33,017 bases of DNA from Rotaria socialis (Eukaryota). Numbering within the stretch: position 1 is the first letter of the stretch; the number at the start of each line of letters is the position of its first letter. Location of the stretch: the NCBI GenBank assembly GCA_905331295.1, contig CAJNYD010000443.1, forward strand, positions 1-33,017. The letters run 5' to 3'. This document shows positions 8,902 through 23,043 of the stretch, piece after piece. The notes beneath the pieces are model-generated. The model saw only the letters and a list, made by a program, of their open reading frames with translations, made no database searches and was not told the DNA's origin. A program made the translations under genes and the position numbers.

Positions 8902-11900
8902 GTGCGTTGGTCAGTAGAATGAAGATTATTTGTTGGCTGATTCAGTTGACGACGATAACGAGGAAACCCATGTGCTACAAATACCAAAAGTCATAGTAAC
9001 TAGTTATCTCTGTATTTTATATTATATTTTACTTATTGTTGTGAAATATAAAGCTACTAGAAAGAATAAACGTAGGTTCGAAATCATTCTTTGTATTTGT
9101 GTCTTACAGAATGCTGACAATCAGATTAAATCGTTTGATTTCGCCTATTTTTCTATATATCCACTGCTGAAAGAGAAAAAGAATCCAGAAATCCTTGTAG
9201 TATGTCTTTTTCCCACATCACTGATTTAACATTTCCTCTCCGTATTTACTAAACTCGCTGTTTTTTTAAGCATTGCTACTTCTAAAAGGCCTTGTACAAA
9301 AGGATCCAAAAACAAAAACTTGCCAATTACACTCGCCATATTCTTATTTGTTTTTCTCTGGAAAGAGAATCATCAATGTGTCGAATATAATGATGTATTA
9401 GACATCTGTTCGATAATAGCTTTCGAATAAACACACAGTGAAGCGTACAACTGACAGAAAATTGTTGCAAATGTAGATTATATCGGCTTCATCTGTTATG
9501 TATCTCACTCATTTCTATTAAAAACACAATGGCATATAGTGTAATGAGAATAGGAGATCTTACTCGTAAAATATATCATCGGAAGACTTGTTTCGATTAT
9601 TAATGCTGAAGAATAATACTAGCTATTGCAAATTCGTAATGCTGAATGAAAGTAACAAAGTGTATATCTGATAGAAGAATAGATGAGACCCATGTTTTAA
9701 CAAGAAACATGTGGAATGATAGCTGACAAAAGAGTGAATACACTATTCATTTTAATTCGCACTGTGGTTTAATGAAAGTATTATAAAGTAAAATTCAAGT
9801 AGAGAGCTATAAAGTGAAGCACATTTCTAACAATCGTATTCATTCATTATTAGAGTAAACGGAAAAATACATGCCACTGTTTTCTAGGCAAAGCTCAAAT
9901 CATTACAATAACGTCAAACAATATTTAAGTCATTTCAGTTTATAATACTTTTTTTTCTAATTTTATATTTATGAATTCGCACTTCTGTCTTATTGAATTT
10001 CCATTGTAAGAAGTATTCAAAGCAGTAAAACATAATGAAGTGCTGGCGTAGCATTAACAAAAAAGAAGTAATCTTGTCTGATTCCGTGGGAGGCAAAATA
10101 TGTTGAACGCATAGACAAACAAATATTGATATTCAATATCGACTCTAAGTCTGAGAAAAAGTGTAAAATGAAGCGGGGACTAAAATTGTATCAACAAACC
10201 TTTCATGAGACGCACAATCACGAGTATCATTAGCGACAGAATTCATCGCGTCAATGACACATTGCCCAAAAGAATATATCACTGACATCATAGCGATAAT
10301 TTTCTATCAAAGAATTCTGTTTTAACGAGATTTATATGGAAAAACGAAATGATTGTAATCTACAACATGAAGAATATTTTTGTAATTAACTCCCTGATGA
10401 CGAAGTTAATTGTAAGAGCAATCAACTGGATAAGTAATTAGCTAATCTTTATTCCACTTAAACTCTTCATTAGTGCCTCATTATTTTTCATCGCGCATTC
10501 AGAAAGCTGAAATTTATTGGTCATGAAATATATTTTAAATGCTCCGTTTGTTTCTTATTTCTTACAAGCTCAGTTGGTTTGATTTCTTGCACGTTTTACT
10601 CAATGTTATCTAGTATTTTTTTGATGCAAATTTGTTTTTGAACTTTTTAAGAATTACCGATCTGAAATTCAGTAGCCAAGTTTACTTTCCACCGGCAGCC
10701 TGTTTGGATTATATCTGATCTAAAAATCTTTGAAAATGTGAATACAAACATTTAATTTATTAGAATTCGATATTGGTTGATTAAAATAATTACTTTCAGC
10801 CAAAATAAGCTTTTAGACGAATGTTGGTCTAATCGAAGTAGAAATCATATAATCATAACGAGGTCATCAAATTCAATCAACTGGCAAGTATAATTTTCTT
10901 TCAGATCTTCATTTCCCTAAGAGGTATTGGTTGGTAGAGTATCAATAGTGCTGATGCGATTGTAACCAAGAATGTATGAAAACATTCCGACCAACAAATG
11001 AAAGATCATCACAACTGCGAACATCATTTCACTCGCTTATGGCGTACGTTTTTGTGGTATATTTTCCCTGTAGCAAGATTACTATTGCGCTATCCAGATT
11101 GTTGCTATAGTATTTGTGTTTTTGTGAGTGGATTATTCATGGTAGATTCAAAGAGAATTTGTTGTTATAAGATCGATACCACGAAAACGCCTAATTCCTG
11201 ACAATAACTCACCTGGATAGATCAGGTAAAAGATTATAATTTCGGAGTTGTCTCCTTTGGTGCTTTACTTTTTACGCACATAACTTTGCGACACCAAATT
11301 TATGACCATTGAGCATTTCCGATCTCATGATAATCTCTCACCCTAAAAAGTCAAGTCAAGAGCATAATTGTAATAGGTACGTTTTAGCAATTTTGTAATT
11401 ACAAATTGCTTGAATAATCACAATTTAAGAGGATAGAACTGTGCAAAAAAAACTTGTGCCGTTGTTGTAACGATACACACAACCACAGAACTTAAGCTTA
11501 ACTATGAAATATTTTGAATATTTCTCTTCATAATTCCTATTCCAGTGTGACGATGCAAAATTCCAACCAACCGTCAGAGTGATTGAGAGAAGAGAAAATA
11601 TTTCATTTCGTAAATTAAATGAATCTAATCTTCGAGAGATCACATTTTGTTTTATTCTGCAAAAGATATGAGTGCATAATGATGATAAAATTTAACGAAT
11701 CAACTCGTGTATGAATTTTGATTGCATACGATAGACAACAGACTATATCCGTTTTTCTTTTTTGTTGATGAGGAAATTCAGCGTAGTTCTAAATGTCAAT
11801 CAGAATATCTTGTTTCGATACACAGTTCGGTTTTGAAAACTAGTACCAGATTCTATTTTGAACAATTCATCCATAGGTAGCAAATTTATGGCGATTCATC

Positions 11901-13432
11901 TATATCGAAGCCTTCACTTTCGTTGCGAGTGGTAGACGATTTGCCTGTAATAATTAATCTCTTGCAACTAGCGATAGAATTCTATTCAAACCTCATTCTT
12001 TTGTTTCTTTGAGAACCTTTATACAATTGAATTTGAGTTACAGAAGTTTTCTATGGGACTATTTATACTTTTTAGGATTAAATAATTCAAGAGCATTAGG
12101 AACCGTCATGTTTCTCTTATTATGCTGTGATTTCAAAATGAAGAAAATTCTGTTTTGATAAAAAGACAGTATTCATCAATATATTTAGATTGAAAAAATA
12201 ATTTTAGTCTTCATTATGTTCAGTGCTTTTTTTTAGCATTACACATCTACAAAATTCTGAATATTTTTTATTATGTATAGGTGAAATTTACTAAATTCTT
12301 AATTCATTAATCTTTGTCTCAATGACTTACTCTATTCACTAATTTTACTTCTTAGTTAAATGATGACTTTGTACTGTATTAAGTATAAAAGACATTTCGG
12401 ACAAAGACAGCGACTCATCTTTTCTGCTTTTAATATCCGCTAATTCTCTCATCAACGTTTCTATGAATGTATGAATAGTTTTCATCTCTTATTTTTTCCC
12501 TATCGCTAACATATCCTAACATTTATGAGGCATCGTTTTGCTTAATACAATCATTATTTTTCTGACTTTCTCCACAGCCATGCATCTTATATTACACCTG
12601 CAATATTATATTGTTATGATGCGCGTTTAGCTAAGTAGAAGTTTTATGCGCAAAAATCATTCAAGTCTTCTCTAATAAATTCATCAAGAATAGAAGGTTG
12701 ACAATGACGTAGTTAGTTATAAATTGGTAGTACTCAAGTAGGGGCCATGTCAAGTGTATCATTGCGATAAAAGTAGTTCTGCAATGTGCTTGAAACTATA
12801 AAGAATAGCAAATATCACATTTAACGCACAAGACTCGACTAATAGATATATCTACATTCCGATAATTTGTATATTTTAAAAATCCAATATCTCATATAGG
12901 CACTGCAGACGAGGAAAGCACGAGTCAATCGCAATTTAGTTGGGAAAATCATAATCATATGAATTGACTTGGATATAGTAATTACAGCTGCGAATGTGTT
13001 TTTTTCTACGGAAACTGTCTTATGTCGACTACATCTATGTTACGAAATTTTTGAAAATATTGTATTCGCAATCAGCATGAAAATATTATTAGTGAAATGT
13101 AATTCATTTATAGTAAGAGTCATTGAGATTTTGCAAACTTCCATCCCACATCCATATCAATCCGTGCAATTATGCTATGTCATAAAATATAGAAAAACTT
13201 GTTTCATCTACTTATAAGTACACATCGTGAGATTAAAGAGTTATTGTGTTGCACTGAAGAAAATTGAGCTCATCTTGTTTTGCTAATGACATAGGATCGA
13301 AGAACGAAAAATATTTGCTCGTATTTCACAGTGTGTTTCATTATAGTTAAGTCAAAAATTTAAATGAGATAATCTACTTAGAGTCCACATGAAAAATCTG
13401 TCGATTCGAATATTCCAGGAAAACCCTAGTGG

Positions 13433-14040
13433 CAATGGAGTTGTTTGTGTTGTAAGTTAAAAAGACTAGATATTTTTACATCAAAATAAAGCTCGCATTG
13501 CCAAACTAACAAGGTTAGAATATTAGCTCTCCTTGGCTTGTCTAGAGGGATATCCTCGAGTTTTCAGTGAATTTTCTCTATAGAACCGACTTTCCCAGCA
13601 ATAACATATTTTCGAATTTGGACCTGAAACTTTGTACGCGTGAAGGTCTCAATGAGAATAGCTTACAGAAAAAAAATCAGAAGTTTTAGACAAACTCTCT
13701 TCGAGATATAGATGTCTTAAGCATACAGCTTCTATAGAAAATCGTCAATATTTTGAGAGATTCATATCTCAAAGAGGGTTTGTCCAAAACTTCTGATTTT
13801 TTTTCTGTAAACTAGTCTCATTGAGACCTTCACGCATACAAAGTTTCAGATCCAAATTCGAAAATATGTTATTGCTGGGAAAGTCAGTTCTATAGAGAAA
13901 ATTCACTGAAGAATCGAATATCTCCTTCTAGACAAACTAAGGGGAGCTAATATCTTAACCTTGTTAGTTTGGCGATGAGAGCTTTATTTTGATGTAAAAA
14001 TATCTAGTCTTTTCAACTTACAACACAAACAACTCCATTG
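13433..14040. mobile_element. Fold-back element/MITE, 608 bp with ~285-bp inverted arms
   Basis: CAATGGAGTTGTTTGTGTTGTAAGTT... pairs with ...AACTTACAACACAAACAACTCCATTG; arms align with scattered mismatches to a ~30-bp loop; no clear TSD. Confidence 0.85.
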
Positions 14041-14274
14041 TGAGATGAAAAGTACATATGAGGTCTTCACAGAAAGATTCTCTGAGGTTTCTACGAGCAA
14101 TCTATTGTCTGTAGAAAAAAAAATAATATAATAAGGTTTTTGGCCCTAATCCCATTTTTAGCCGCATGATTCAAAACAATTCATATTTATAGCTTTGGAA
14201 AACATAAGTCTTTAAGAAATGTGTTTAGACTAGAGATGAACTGATTCCAGTTTCAACCAATGCAAGCAAATTCC

Positions 14275-14822
14275 TGAAATTGGTCGGCATTAATATTGAT
14301 TAGAGGTAAGAAACGACTACTATAGAAGCAGCTACTTCGCCAATTAGTCGGTAGTTGAATAACAACAAAACTCTAGAGTTTATTATCACATCAAGGAAGG
14401 CTGTTTTTAAGAACATAACGAATTTTTTTATGAAGTTTGACCGATAATTTTCGTGATCCACGAATCCATATCTGCAATCAGCTTCTGAAAACATTTTACT
14501 GTATTTCGCGGTCAAGAAACCATACCCTGCAATTTTATCGCAAATACGATAAAAAGTAGTGGTTTGAAAAGCAAGGCTTATTTTTGTTCTAAAAGATTAT
14601 GCACGCAATTACGAGCAACCAATGACAGGTTTGGATTCTTCGATCACTAACGCTCTTGATTAAACGGTATAAAAATTTACTAGTTTCTTAAAAACTCTTG
14701 TTTGATGCAAAAATAAAATCTAGAGTTTTGTTGTTATTCGACTAGCGAGTAATTGGTGAAGTAGCTGCTTCTATGGCGGTAGTTTCCTACCTCTAATCAA
14801 TATTAATTCAGACCGGTTTCTG
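14275..14822. mobile_element. Older fold-back element/MITE (~520-550 bp)
   Basis: ATTAATATTGATTAGAGGTA..ATAGAAGCAGCTACTTC..AATAACAACAAAACTCTAGA (from 14289) is the reverse complement of the sequence ending at 14807; weaker symmetry continues inward and outward. Confidence 0.75.
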
Positions 14823-16364
14823 ACTAACCATTGTCAATTCCATAAAACACTCAACCAATTCTAAGACAAGATTGGAATTGAAATTGATTAGGCTTTAAAT
14901 TGGTGCATGGCGAGTTTGGACGAATAGGGATAAAACTATTTTAAGAAAAGTATAACAAGTTCCATCTAATCATATTTAAGTAAATGGCGAACGTATACTT
15001 TTAAAATTATGTATATCGAACTGATGGAACTTAATCAATAGCAAGATTGTTTATTTAATACTTTTTTGTTGCGAACGTTTCTGATGAGTTGCATCGTCAT
15101 GTAGCTGACAAAATCGGCTGCTTTTAGTAAATACAGGAAGTCTTGTTCTTTTATTATAAATGATTATCTGCTTTTGAATTTGCGCCTCGTAATTCTTGAG
15201 AAATGTTAACTGGATATAAATATCATCTTTTGTTTCAAAAAGGAAATGAGTATGTAGCTAATGATATAGACGGATTTTCTTCTAATAAACGAGAGTTAAT
15301 CTGCTTGCTACAGTATCATTTTTCAATGTTTTTCTTAGATAAGGATGTTTCTATTAATTGTTTAAACATGAAAACGAAAAGCTCTCCGGAAAGGAATATA
15401 TTTTGATTGTTTTCTGATAAATATTCTATCATATGTCGTTACATAAATCAGTGAACTTTTCCATTTCTAATGCACTTCAATCTCCACTCTACGCTTAAGT
15501 TGTGGTACTAACTTTATCTTCAAAATTAACTGGCGTTTCGTTGTGTAGCGATTTTTGGTGCGAAAAACTTCTTATTACCTATCGGTCGTTTCTTTGTTAC
15601 AACATTCCCATCAGAAAGCATTAAGTACATTTATTTAACGTAGCGGTGAACAAATCACCGATCGTTGAAATATCGTTCAGGTCATAAATGAATTTTCTGT
15701 ATATAAAGAACGATCAAACATACATAAATATATATACACACTCATGTGTGCATCGTGCACATATATCGAACTCTTGTACCATTAGCGTTCAGAAAAATGC
15801 GTCCTAAAACAATCTCTTCAATGTTATATAAAAAATTTTAAAATGTAAAAATTATTCTCTTTTTCATCCTTTGCGACGGGTCTTTCCTTCAAAGAGCAAC
15901 CTTCACAAAAAAATAGGCTACATAGTCTCTAATTTTCTTTTTCATTCTATTAAAATATTCCTTCGAAACATTTTTGCAATGAGTTCTAACGTTATTCTCA
16001 TTACATTGTCTACTCATTTTCCAATTATTTCGTGTTATAACACGCAAACAACCACTTCGTATATTTCTTAAACGATGCATTCAGTCTACACCCTTTTAGA
16101 TGAATGCGTATTTCCGAATCATTTATCCCATAGAAATTAAAGTTATTCTTATTCACTTTTCTGGTAAATGTCTATCATGCCTAGTACAAATAGAAATATA
16201 CATTCTGTGTAAATGAAACGGATTTTTAACCTGAGCGGTATTTTTCCGATTGAAATAGTCATTTACGCTACAGATTCATTGTTTGACTAAACCTCGCCTC
16301 TAATTGTTCCTAATAATTTTAGGGTGAAATTCAATTTCAACGAAATTTATCGCAACATCGAGTC

Positions 16365-17331
16365 ATGGTGTCGCTCGTTTTTATTAACCAAATGGTTGTG
16401 ATTTATTTTGGTTCATTTAGTATAATTGTGGGACTTTTCGGTACTGTCATGCAGGCGTTCATTTTAATGGCTGATAGATACTATCGGCAGACTCCGTGCA
16501 CGTTCTATTTTATTGTGGCTTCAATACACGAATGTGGTTTCTTTACAACTGCCTATGGTCCGCTAGTCGCTTCTACACTTATAGGAACTGACCTGGCACG
16601 GCTATCTATTGTTTGGTGTAAACTTCGTTTTTTTTTTATAACAAGCTGCTGTGCCATGTCTTCGAGTTGTCTATGTATGGCTACTATCGATCAGTTTTTC
16701 ATCACATCTCAAAATGCTCGCATCCGTCAATTGAGTAGTATTAAAAATGCATATCGAGTTTGTTTATCGTTTGCTATCATTTGGTGGCTGAATGGGACTC
16801 TTTGGATATATTTTCAGAATATCTCACCAATCACGGGTATTTGTATTCGGAGTACTCCTAAATTTGCCTTCTATACTCTATTTTTTACGTGTGTTATTCT
16901 CTGTGGAATACCTTGTTTAATGATGACGATATTTGGATTATTAGCTTATCGAAACATCGGGAAAACAATTTTTCTCTCACGTTTAGGCATCGATCGACAA
17001 TTGATCATTGTAGTTTTCATTCAAATCTTGCTAACCATAGTCGGTCTAGCTCCATATGGCATTAGTCGTATTTTTTTACTTATCAGACTCAATTTTCAAA
17101 AGACTGCCGATGAAGAAGTCAAGGAGACGTTGGCTAGCAACATTACTTATTTGTTTAGTGTAGTTGCTTATGGAGTAAGCGTATTTTCTAAACTAAACTA
17201 TTCATTTTTTTATCATAAAATTCTAGGGACGATTCTATCTCTTGATGTGTTCATCATCTCGTTTTCGTCGTATGGCGAAGAAGCTATGGTTATGCGGGCA
17301 ACGTCAAGGACGTATTGTTCCCACGATTTAA
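16365..17331 (+). CDS. Class A-like 7TM receptor (GPCR), 304 aa; exons 16365-17174 and 17227-17331
   Basis: Seven hydrophobic segments, WCKLR at the start of TM3, ATIDQF in the DRY position; 52-nt GTAAGC...TTCTAG intron gives the C-terminus YG|GRFYLLMCSSSRFRR...VPTI*, conserved in the paralog. Confidence 0.88.
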
Positions 17332-20300
17332 CAGTTTTTATGTAATATATAATCTTATCTGTTGTGAAGTACATATGAATATCGAATTTCAATTTTCTTT
17401 CTTCAATAAAATCCATGTTGTTTTATCCAAATGTCTTACACTAACAGTATTGATCACCAGCTGGCTCTGAAGCAGCCAAAAAAAACATTTTCTAGCAATC
17501 AGTTGTCTCAAATATATAGAATAGTAATATGTCATATAAATGATGCAAAATTAAATAGAACGAATATCATAAAAAAATTATTTATAGTTCAAAGGAAATA
17601 AACAATACTTTTATTAATACTATGCGATTACTATTTTACACAAAATACATTTAAATGTTGATATATTCTCCTCTTGTTTTAGCTTTTGATTTACATTCAC
17701 ACATTCAGCCTCTATTTTGGTCAACCAGTTTTGATTAAACTCACGTCAGCATATTTTAACATTAATATATAAAGATGACGAATTAGATCAGTGAAATCGT
17801 TTAAAACTATTTTTCAGCAATAGGTGAAATCCAGATCAATAAAGAAAGAATGGGAACAAATGAAGAATCGAATCGGCGTCTATATTTTTCAAAATCAGAT
17901 TCCCATGTCTTATGCGACAATCATTCAAAATATATAAAAAGTCGATGAATGCAGTGAATATGCATTATGACGACAAACTAACATAAAGTAAGCATCATCA
18001 CATATATACTTACGCCCACATCTGCGTGATATTATGTGCACCACGGGCAATACAAAAAAACGGAGTAGGCACTTATTCGAAGAATATATGACTCTTTTCT
18101 CAAGAATCTTCAAATTTTCGAAAAATATAAAAAATGTTGGCCGACTACGATGTCGGCTAACTCGCTATCGATAAATTTAGAGTAAGTGAATATTTCATTT
18201 GAGTTTAGCACTATGAAAATGAAGTCATGAATCTATTATTGCCACCAGCGAAAAGAGGAGAATAATTATTACATCTTTGAAATTCTATTTATCTTTTCAG
18301 ACTGTAAATAGAATTCTTTCTTGTCATGAATGAAGTTATATTATAATAATTTTTATATTTTCGAACGAACTTGATTTCCTTATATAAATTTGTAGGAAAA
18401 TAAGAATAATTTTTTGATATCAGTCAGAATGTCAACATATTTCGATGCGCAACTTTGGCTTCGGAAACTAGCAACCGATTGTTTCCGACAGGCGATAAGT
18501 ATATTGGAAAGAGTTTATCTACAACTAATTAGTTTATAGTAATTCACTAGTATTGTAACCTTTGGTTTCGCTGAGAGGTATTGCACGGCTGTAACCACTT
18601 GCCCTTTGTAACACGCAGTAGAATTCTTATCGGATTCGTGCGCTTTTTTCTGAAACTCTTTGTTAACAGTTCGTGTGAAGTGCATAAGTCTTAGATGAGA
18701 ACGTGTCTCCTTGTTAGGACTGTAGGATTTCGAGAGCATTGTATACCATCACGTTTCTCTTATTGTGCTGTTGTTCCAGTATGGCAACGTTCTGTTTTGT
18801 TTAATGAATTCTTAGTAGATGTCTGTTTTGATGGAGATGTCTCGTGCATAAAAATGTGCAGATATAATAGCTGGTGTTACAATCTTTATTATATTTTGTG
18901 TTTTTCTTTAAGTATAAAGAATGATAGCGAGATCATTGAGACCCATGAAGCTTGAGCTTCACTTGATTTCCCGCTGAATATTGTTAATTTATATTCTCTG
19001 GATTTGCTATGTTAAGCATGTAACACATTGATCTACATATTCTCACATGCATATAGCTAAATAAAGAACAAATAGAGAAATTTATTTTTATTTACTTTTT
19101 AATTATTTATATTTTATGCTGACTGTTTTGATTCTTTCTTTAAGTTCAATAAAATGAAGATCGCCAACATGCTTCAAGCTTTGCTAAAATTTGACGGTAG
19201 AAAACTATATTATGAGCCTTCCATGGCTGAATGTCGTTTCGCCGCCTCTGAGTACGGCACGTCAATAAAATTCTTAATATGGCTGATTATGCATACGTGC
19301 AATTTACTAAATGATTAATCAACTAATATTTGTCTCATTTCTCATTTTGTTAGTTTTCTTAAAAGTACTTTCAAGTGAGTTAAAAGTGAACAAATGTTTA
19401 ATCCAGAAACTTTCGCACCACCCATCCACAACAGATTCTACGTTCGGGTTAAAAGCGGTGGCTAATAGATAAACAAACAGTCAAAACCTCGTTTGCGCGC
19501 TGCAGGAAATGAGAAGCTTGAGTCCGTTTATTTTTTTGCTCTAATCTATATGATTTGGCAATCATTAACGTACTTATCTGGACGGCTATTTTTTTTCATT
19601 GATTATGGTTTGATTACTATTTTGTTTGATAGAATTTAAAACAGATCAGCCTATTTCGTTTCTACGTTAGGTCAATGTGACATTTTCAGTGTATTTTTGT
19701 GAGAAAAATTTTAAAAAAACGAGAGTTGATTGGATGTAAAATCCTGCGATGTACTCATGAGTATTACAGAAAGCCTATCTACTTTTTGTAATAAAATATA
19801 AAAGTAGCTGTATCATATCATACGAGTTGCTCATTGAGAGTTAAATAATTAATTATTCTATACTTTTTTAGTCATTCTAGAACAAAGAAAGAAAGAATAA
19901 TCTACTCGTCTTGAGTAACGTGTGTTACAATAATCAAGTTGATAAACGCAATATATAATAGGCGAAAAATACACTTCATATAAGTGCACTCGAATTAATT
20001 TTTTTAAAGTCATCCGCGTGGTGATGATGAAAACTACGAAAGATGAGAACATTTCTCTTTCGCTGTGTCTTATGCCACCAAAAAGTCAAGGAAAATTTTA
20101 ATTTCCTAAACAAAATAATAGAATGTTAGAGAAAACTATAGAAATTCTCTTTTATCTCACCATCTATCGAATCTTATGAAATGAGATAGCTACGTCAATC
20201 TCATTTTACAAAACAGTATAATATTGTATATAGATACTGGCTGGCTTGACATCCGATGGGTCGATTACTATCACATAGTATTCTTTTAACATCATTAATT

Positions 20301-20839
20301 CTTAAACAAAAACGTCATAGTTATTTACCAAGTTTCATATATTATTTTAGAATAATAATATATTTGTATAATGGTAGTAAAAACAATATGAAATTATGGT
20401 AACTGGACAATTCGTGGCATAGTTAATTGAATTTAACACAATTAATGTAGAGGTGGAGAGAAATTTATTCATAGAGAAGTCTAGTGCAAATCATATTTTA
20501 GTTAAATTTACTTTTGCAATCTCAACTGTGATATCGAAAAATCATTTTCGCAAAAGCTTTTCGTTCTAAAGAATAATTGTAACCTTCATTGCCAAGCATC
20601 AACTTTTCTTTCTCGCTTGAAAATTTATTGATAGTATTCATTCTTTGTGAAATAGTAGTAAATAATTATATTAGTATTGAAAACAAGTGATTGTCTTTAC
20701 TTTATAGAATAATTGTTTCTTTTATTATTCGAAAACACTATTAGAATATTTATTTTTTGCTCGGTGAGGATAACAGAGTTATAATTATATACATTAATTG
20801 AAATACGGTTTTAGTTAAGCCAATTAACAGAAAGACATA

Positions 20840-21147
20840 CCCAGGTCGATGATTCCGGTCTCCAGATCCTTCCGGAACCGGTCTGGAAACGGCTTCTTTC
20901 CGGTGATTTCCCATCGGTTCCCTAGTCTTTCCCGCCGAATTCTGCAGAAAAAGAACGTCCCCTGAACCCTTAACTTCCTCGCAAATCCGGTCATAGGAAA
21001 CTCTAAGGAACATACAATGATCCTAGAGGAACAGGGAGGAGGAAATCAGGAATGCCAGCGGAAACCTTCGCATCCAAAACGGAAAAGCAAAGGATAGCGA
21101 TGGGACAAACCGGAAGTACAACGGAACCCACGATTCTACATCCTGAA
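20840..21147. mobile_element. CCCAGG-type MITE remnant (CCGG/GGAA-rich)
   Basis: TA|CCCAGGTCG start, identical to the 7055 terminus; GC-rich island with repeated TTCCGG/CCGGAA; right end degenerate (CCTGAA). Confidence 0.55.
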
Positions 21148-21203
21148 ACAAATACGAAAGATCCACGAAGATCACTAGAGATCTTTCTTGTGACTACCTT
21201 AGC

Positions 21204-21440
21204 TGTGACGATATTGGTGGCACACTTCGATGATTCTCCTTCCTCTTCCTTCTATTCTCTTTCCACTGTTATAATATATCTCTCTCCTATATATATACAT
21301 GTGTTATGTATGAAGTGGTTACACTCTGGATATGGGAATAAATGAATAAACATCATTGTCGTGAGTGGCTGTAAGCTACTTCACCTCTATCAAGTTTGTC
21401 AATACGATATAAACTCAACAGAATCTTATTGATCGTTACA
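21204..21440 (+). mobile_element. Solo LTR (237 bp)
   Basis: TGTGACGAT...ATCGTTACA; AATAAA x2; TSD TTAGC/TTAGT; homologous to 27782-28074. Confidence 0.85.
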
Positions 21441-22745
21441 TTAGTTATAGGGTATTTCTGTGATTAGAAGATCCAGATCGATAGAAAATCATATTCTAAG
21501 ATCTTTCCCCGAAGAAACGCTGTAATTCGAGCTTGATTTAAGCCCGAAATCATGATTTTACTAATAAAGATCTTTGAAGGTGATTTGTTCTATTTACCTT
21601 AATTAGATGATATTCTGCTGATGGAGAGTACGACACTGATTGTAAATGTTGTTCAAGGGAGATCTATAACAAGTCCAAAGTCCTATGTCGATTCTTATTT
21701 TCAATTATCATCGATTAATATTAGAAATGAGGTTGGAATGATTTTTGAGAAAGTTTTGGTATACAAAAAAGTATGCGAAGTGTTATCTGTGACTTATCTG
21801 AACAGATGTGTTGCACATCTGGGGTTGGAACTTTGAATGCTCCCTCATGTGGATAGACTGGTGATCTTCAGGGTGTTCATGTATTGCTAGGCCAGTTTGA
21901 AGAGTCTCAGGCAATCTTGAAGGCACTTTATTAGTAGCTGCATGAGCGAGTGAATAAACTTCGAAGTGTCGAACGCACACACATATATATATAGGTGAAG
22001 GTTGGCTGCTATACAGTCTGAAGACTGTTTTGGTATTTCAATACGTTTTTAGCGCTCTAGTTTTTGACATATCTAACTCGGTTGGATTCGGAGAGAATGG
22101 CCTTTCTGCTCTAGTGCCTGCCTGCCACCTTCCGTTCGTATCTGTGACAGGTGTGCTTGACGCCCTTTAAAATGATAAGATTTGAGTATTTTGTCGGTTT
22201 CTAGACTTTCCAGAGATGGACGTGTAATTTATTGCTTTTTATGGTGTCGACGTTTTTTTATCAGATGTTTTTGAACTCTGGCAATTAATTTAATTTAAAT
22301 CAGCTTAGTAGTGGTTCCGTTTACCTAGTTATCGTGCATTGTCGCGTGCGATTATTTGAACTAAATAATATCTTCCAATTTGAAGACACAATTCAATAGT
22401 CAATCGTGGTCTCTACTCAACTATTGCTCTCAGCAGTGAGTTGTGAGTTGTGCAATCTCTTACGCGGTATTTTATATCCAGTCTGCTTGTTATTAGAATG
22501 CTGTTAAATTCGTACTCCTTAAAACTGCTTTAAAAATGACTATCATATCCAATTTAGTCCGATGTTTTGAAGATAGCCAAAATCTTTATCAATGCTTGCA
22601 TGGAATTGTAATTTTTTCTTAATATACCATATATTTGAACATTGAATATACAATTGTATTCTAGAGATTCTTTTGAGAGAGCGATCCAATTTGTCGATTG
22701 TAAGGTATGGCAGTCATGTAGTTATAAGGAATACGTTTTCGAGTA

Positions 22746-23043
22746 CATCCTATCGTTTCCGGTTGCGGGATTAGACCGTCTGAAAGAAAATAAAAACGGT
22801 CGGATCTGGGAGTTGCAACCGAATTGGAAACGAAAGGAATATAATTCGGATCCTGCTCCCGTGAAAAGGCGTCGGAACCCTTCTCAGGAACCTTGCCGGA
22901 AACGGCAATGGGATCCTGGCATTTCATCCAGTTGCAAGAATCAGCAGGGAAGAAGCCGTAACCGGTCCCGGAATACTGCTTCCATGTTTTTGCCGGAATT
23001 TCACCGAAACCAACAGTTTTCCGCCGTACCGTTTGGGTCTGGG
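22746..23043. mobile_element. Degenerate CCGG-rich MITE remnant, similar in composition to 20840-21147
   Basis: GC-rich island with repeated CCGG/CGGAA/GGATCC, ending in ...GGTCTGGG (resembles CCTGGG); left boundary uncertain. Confidence 0.45.

Larger units (their letters stand above)
6858..9087 (-). pseudogene. TE-disrupted paralog of the secreted N/Q/Y-rich protein gene at 26244-26896
   Basis: Exon 1 9087-9033 (MISNLRLFFLVALYFTTI); exon 2 from 8974 (THGFPRYRRQLNQPTNNLHSTDQR...SWASHPSDSFPG) split by two insertions; exon 3 from about 6961 (VGSDPNYGSFIKPQNRP...YDPDS) running into the gap; same intron positions as the intact copy. Confidence 0.85.

Noticed and set aside
10100..11380. Coding-like fragments with splice-like signals
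   Set aside because: Multiple stops and no recognisable motif; may be a decayed gene but cannot be supported
15081..15115. CTGATGA followed by a hairpin as a hammerhead ribozyme (common in bdelloid Penelope-like elements)
   Set aside because: The stem is followed by TGAC rather than the required GAAA; no stems I or III
17175..17345. C-terminus of the 326-aa ORF in the track, and ORF 24547-24927
   Set aside because: These are intron read-through or off-frame translations; the spliced frame is conserved between the two receptor paralogs
21967..22149. TGTC...GACA segment as a fourth solo LTR
   Set aside because: Flanks CGAAG/GGTGT do not form a TSD; no similarity to the other LTRs
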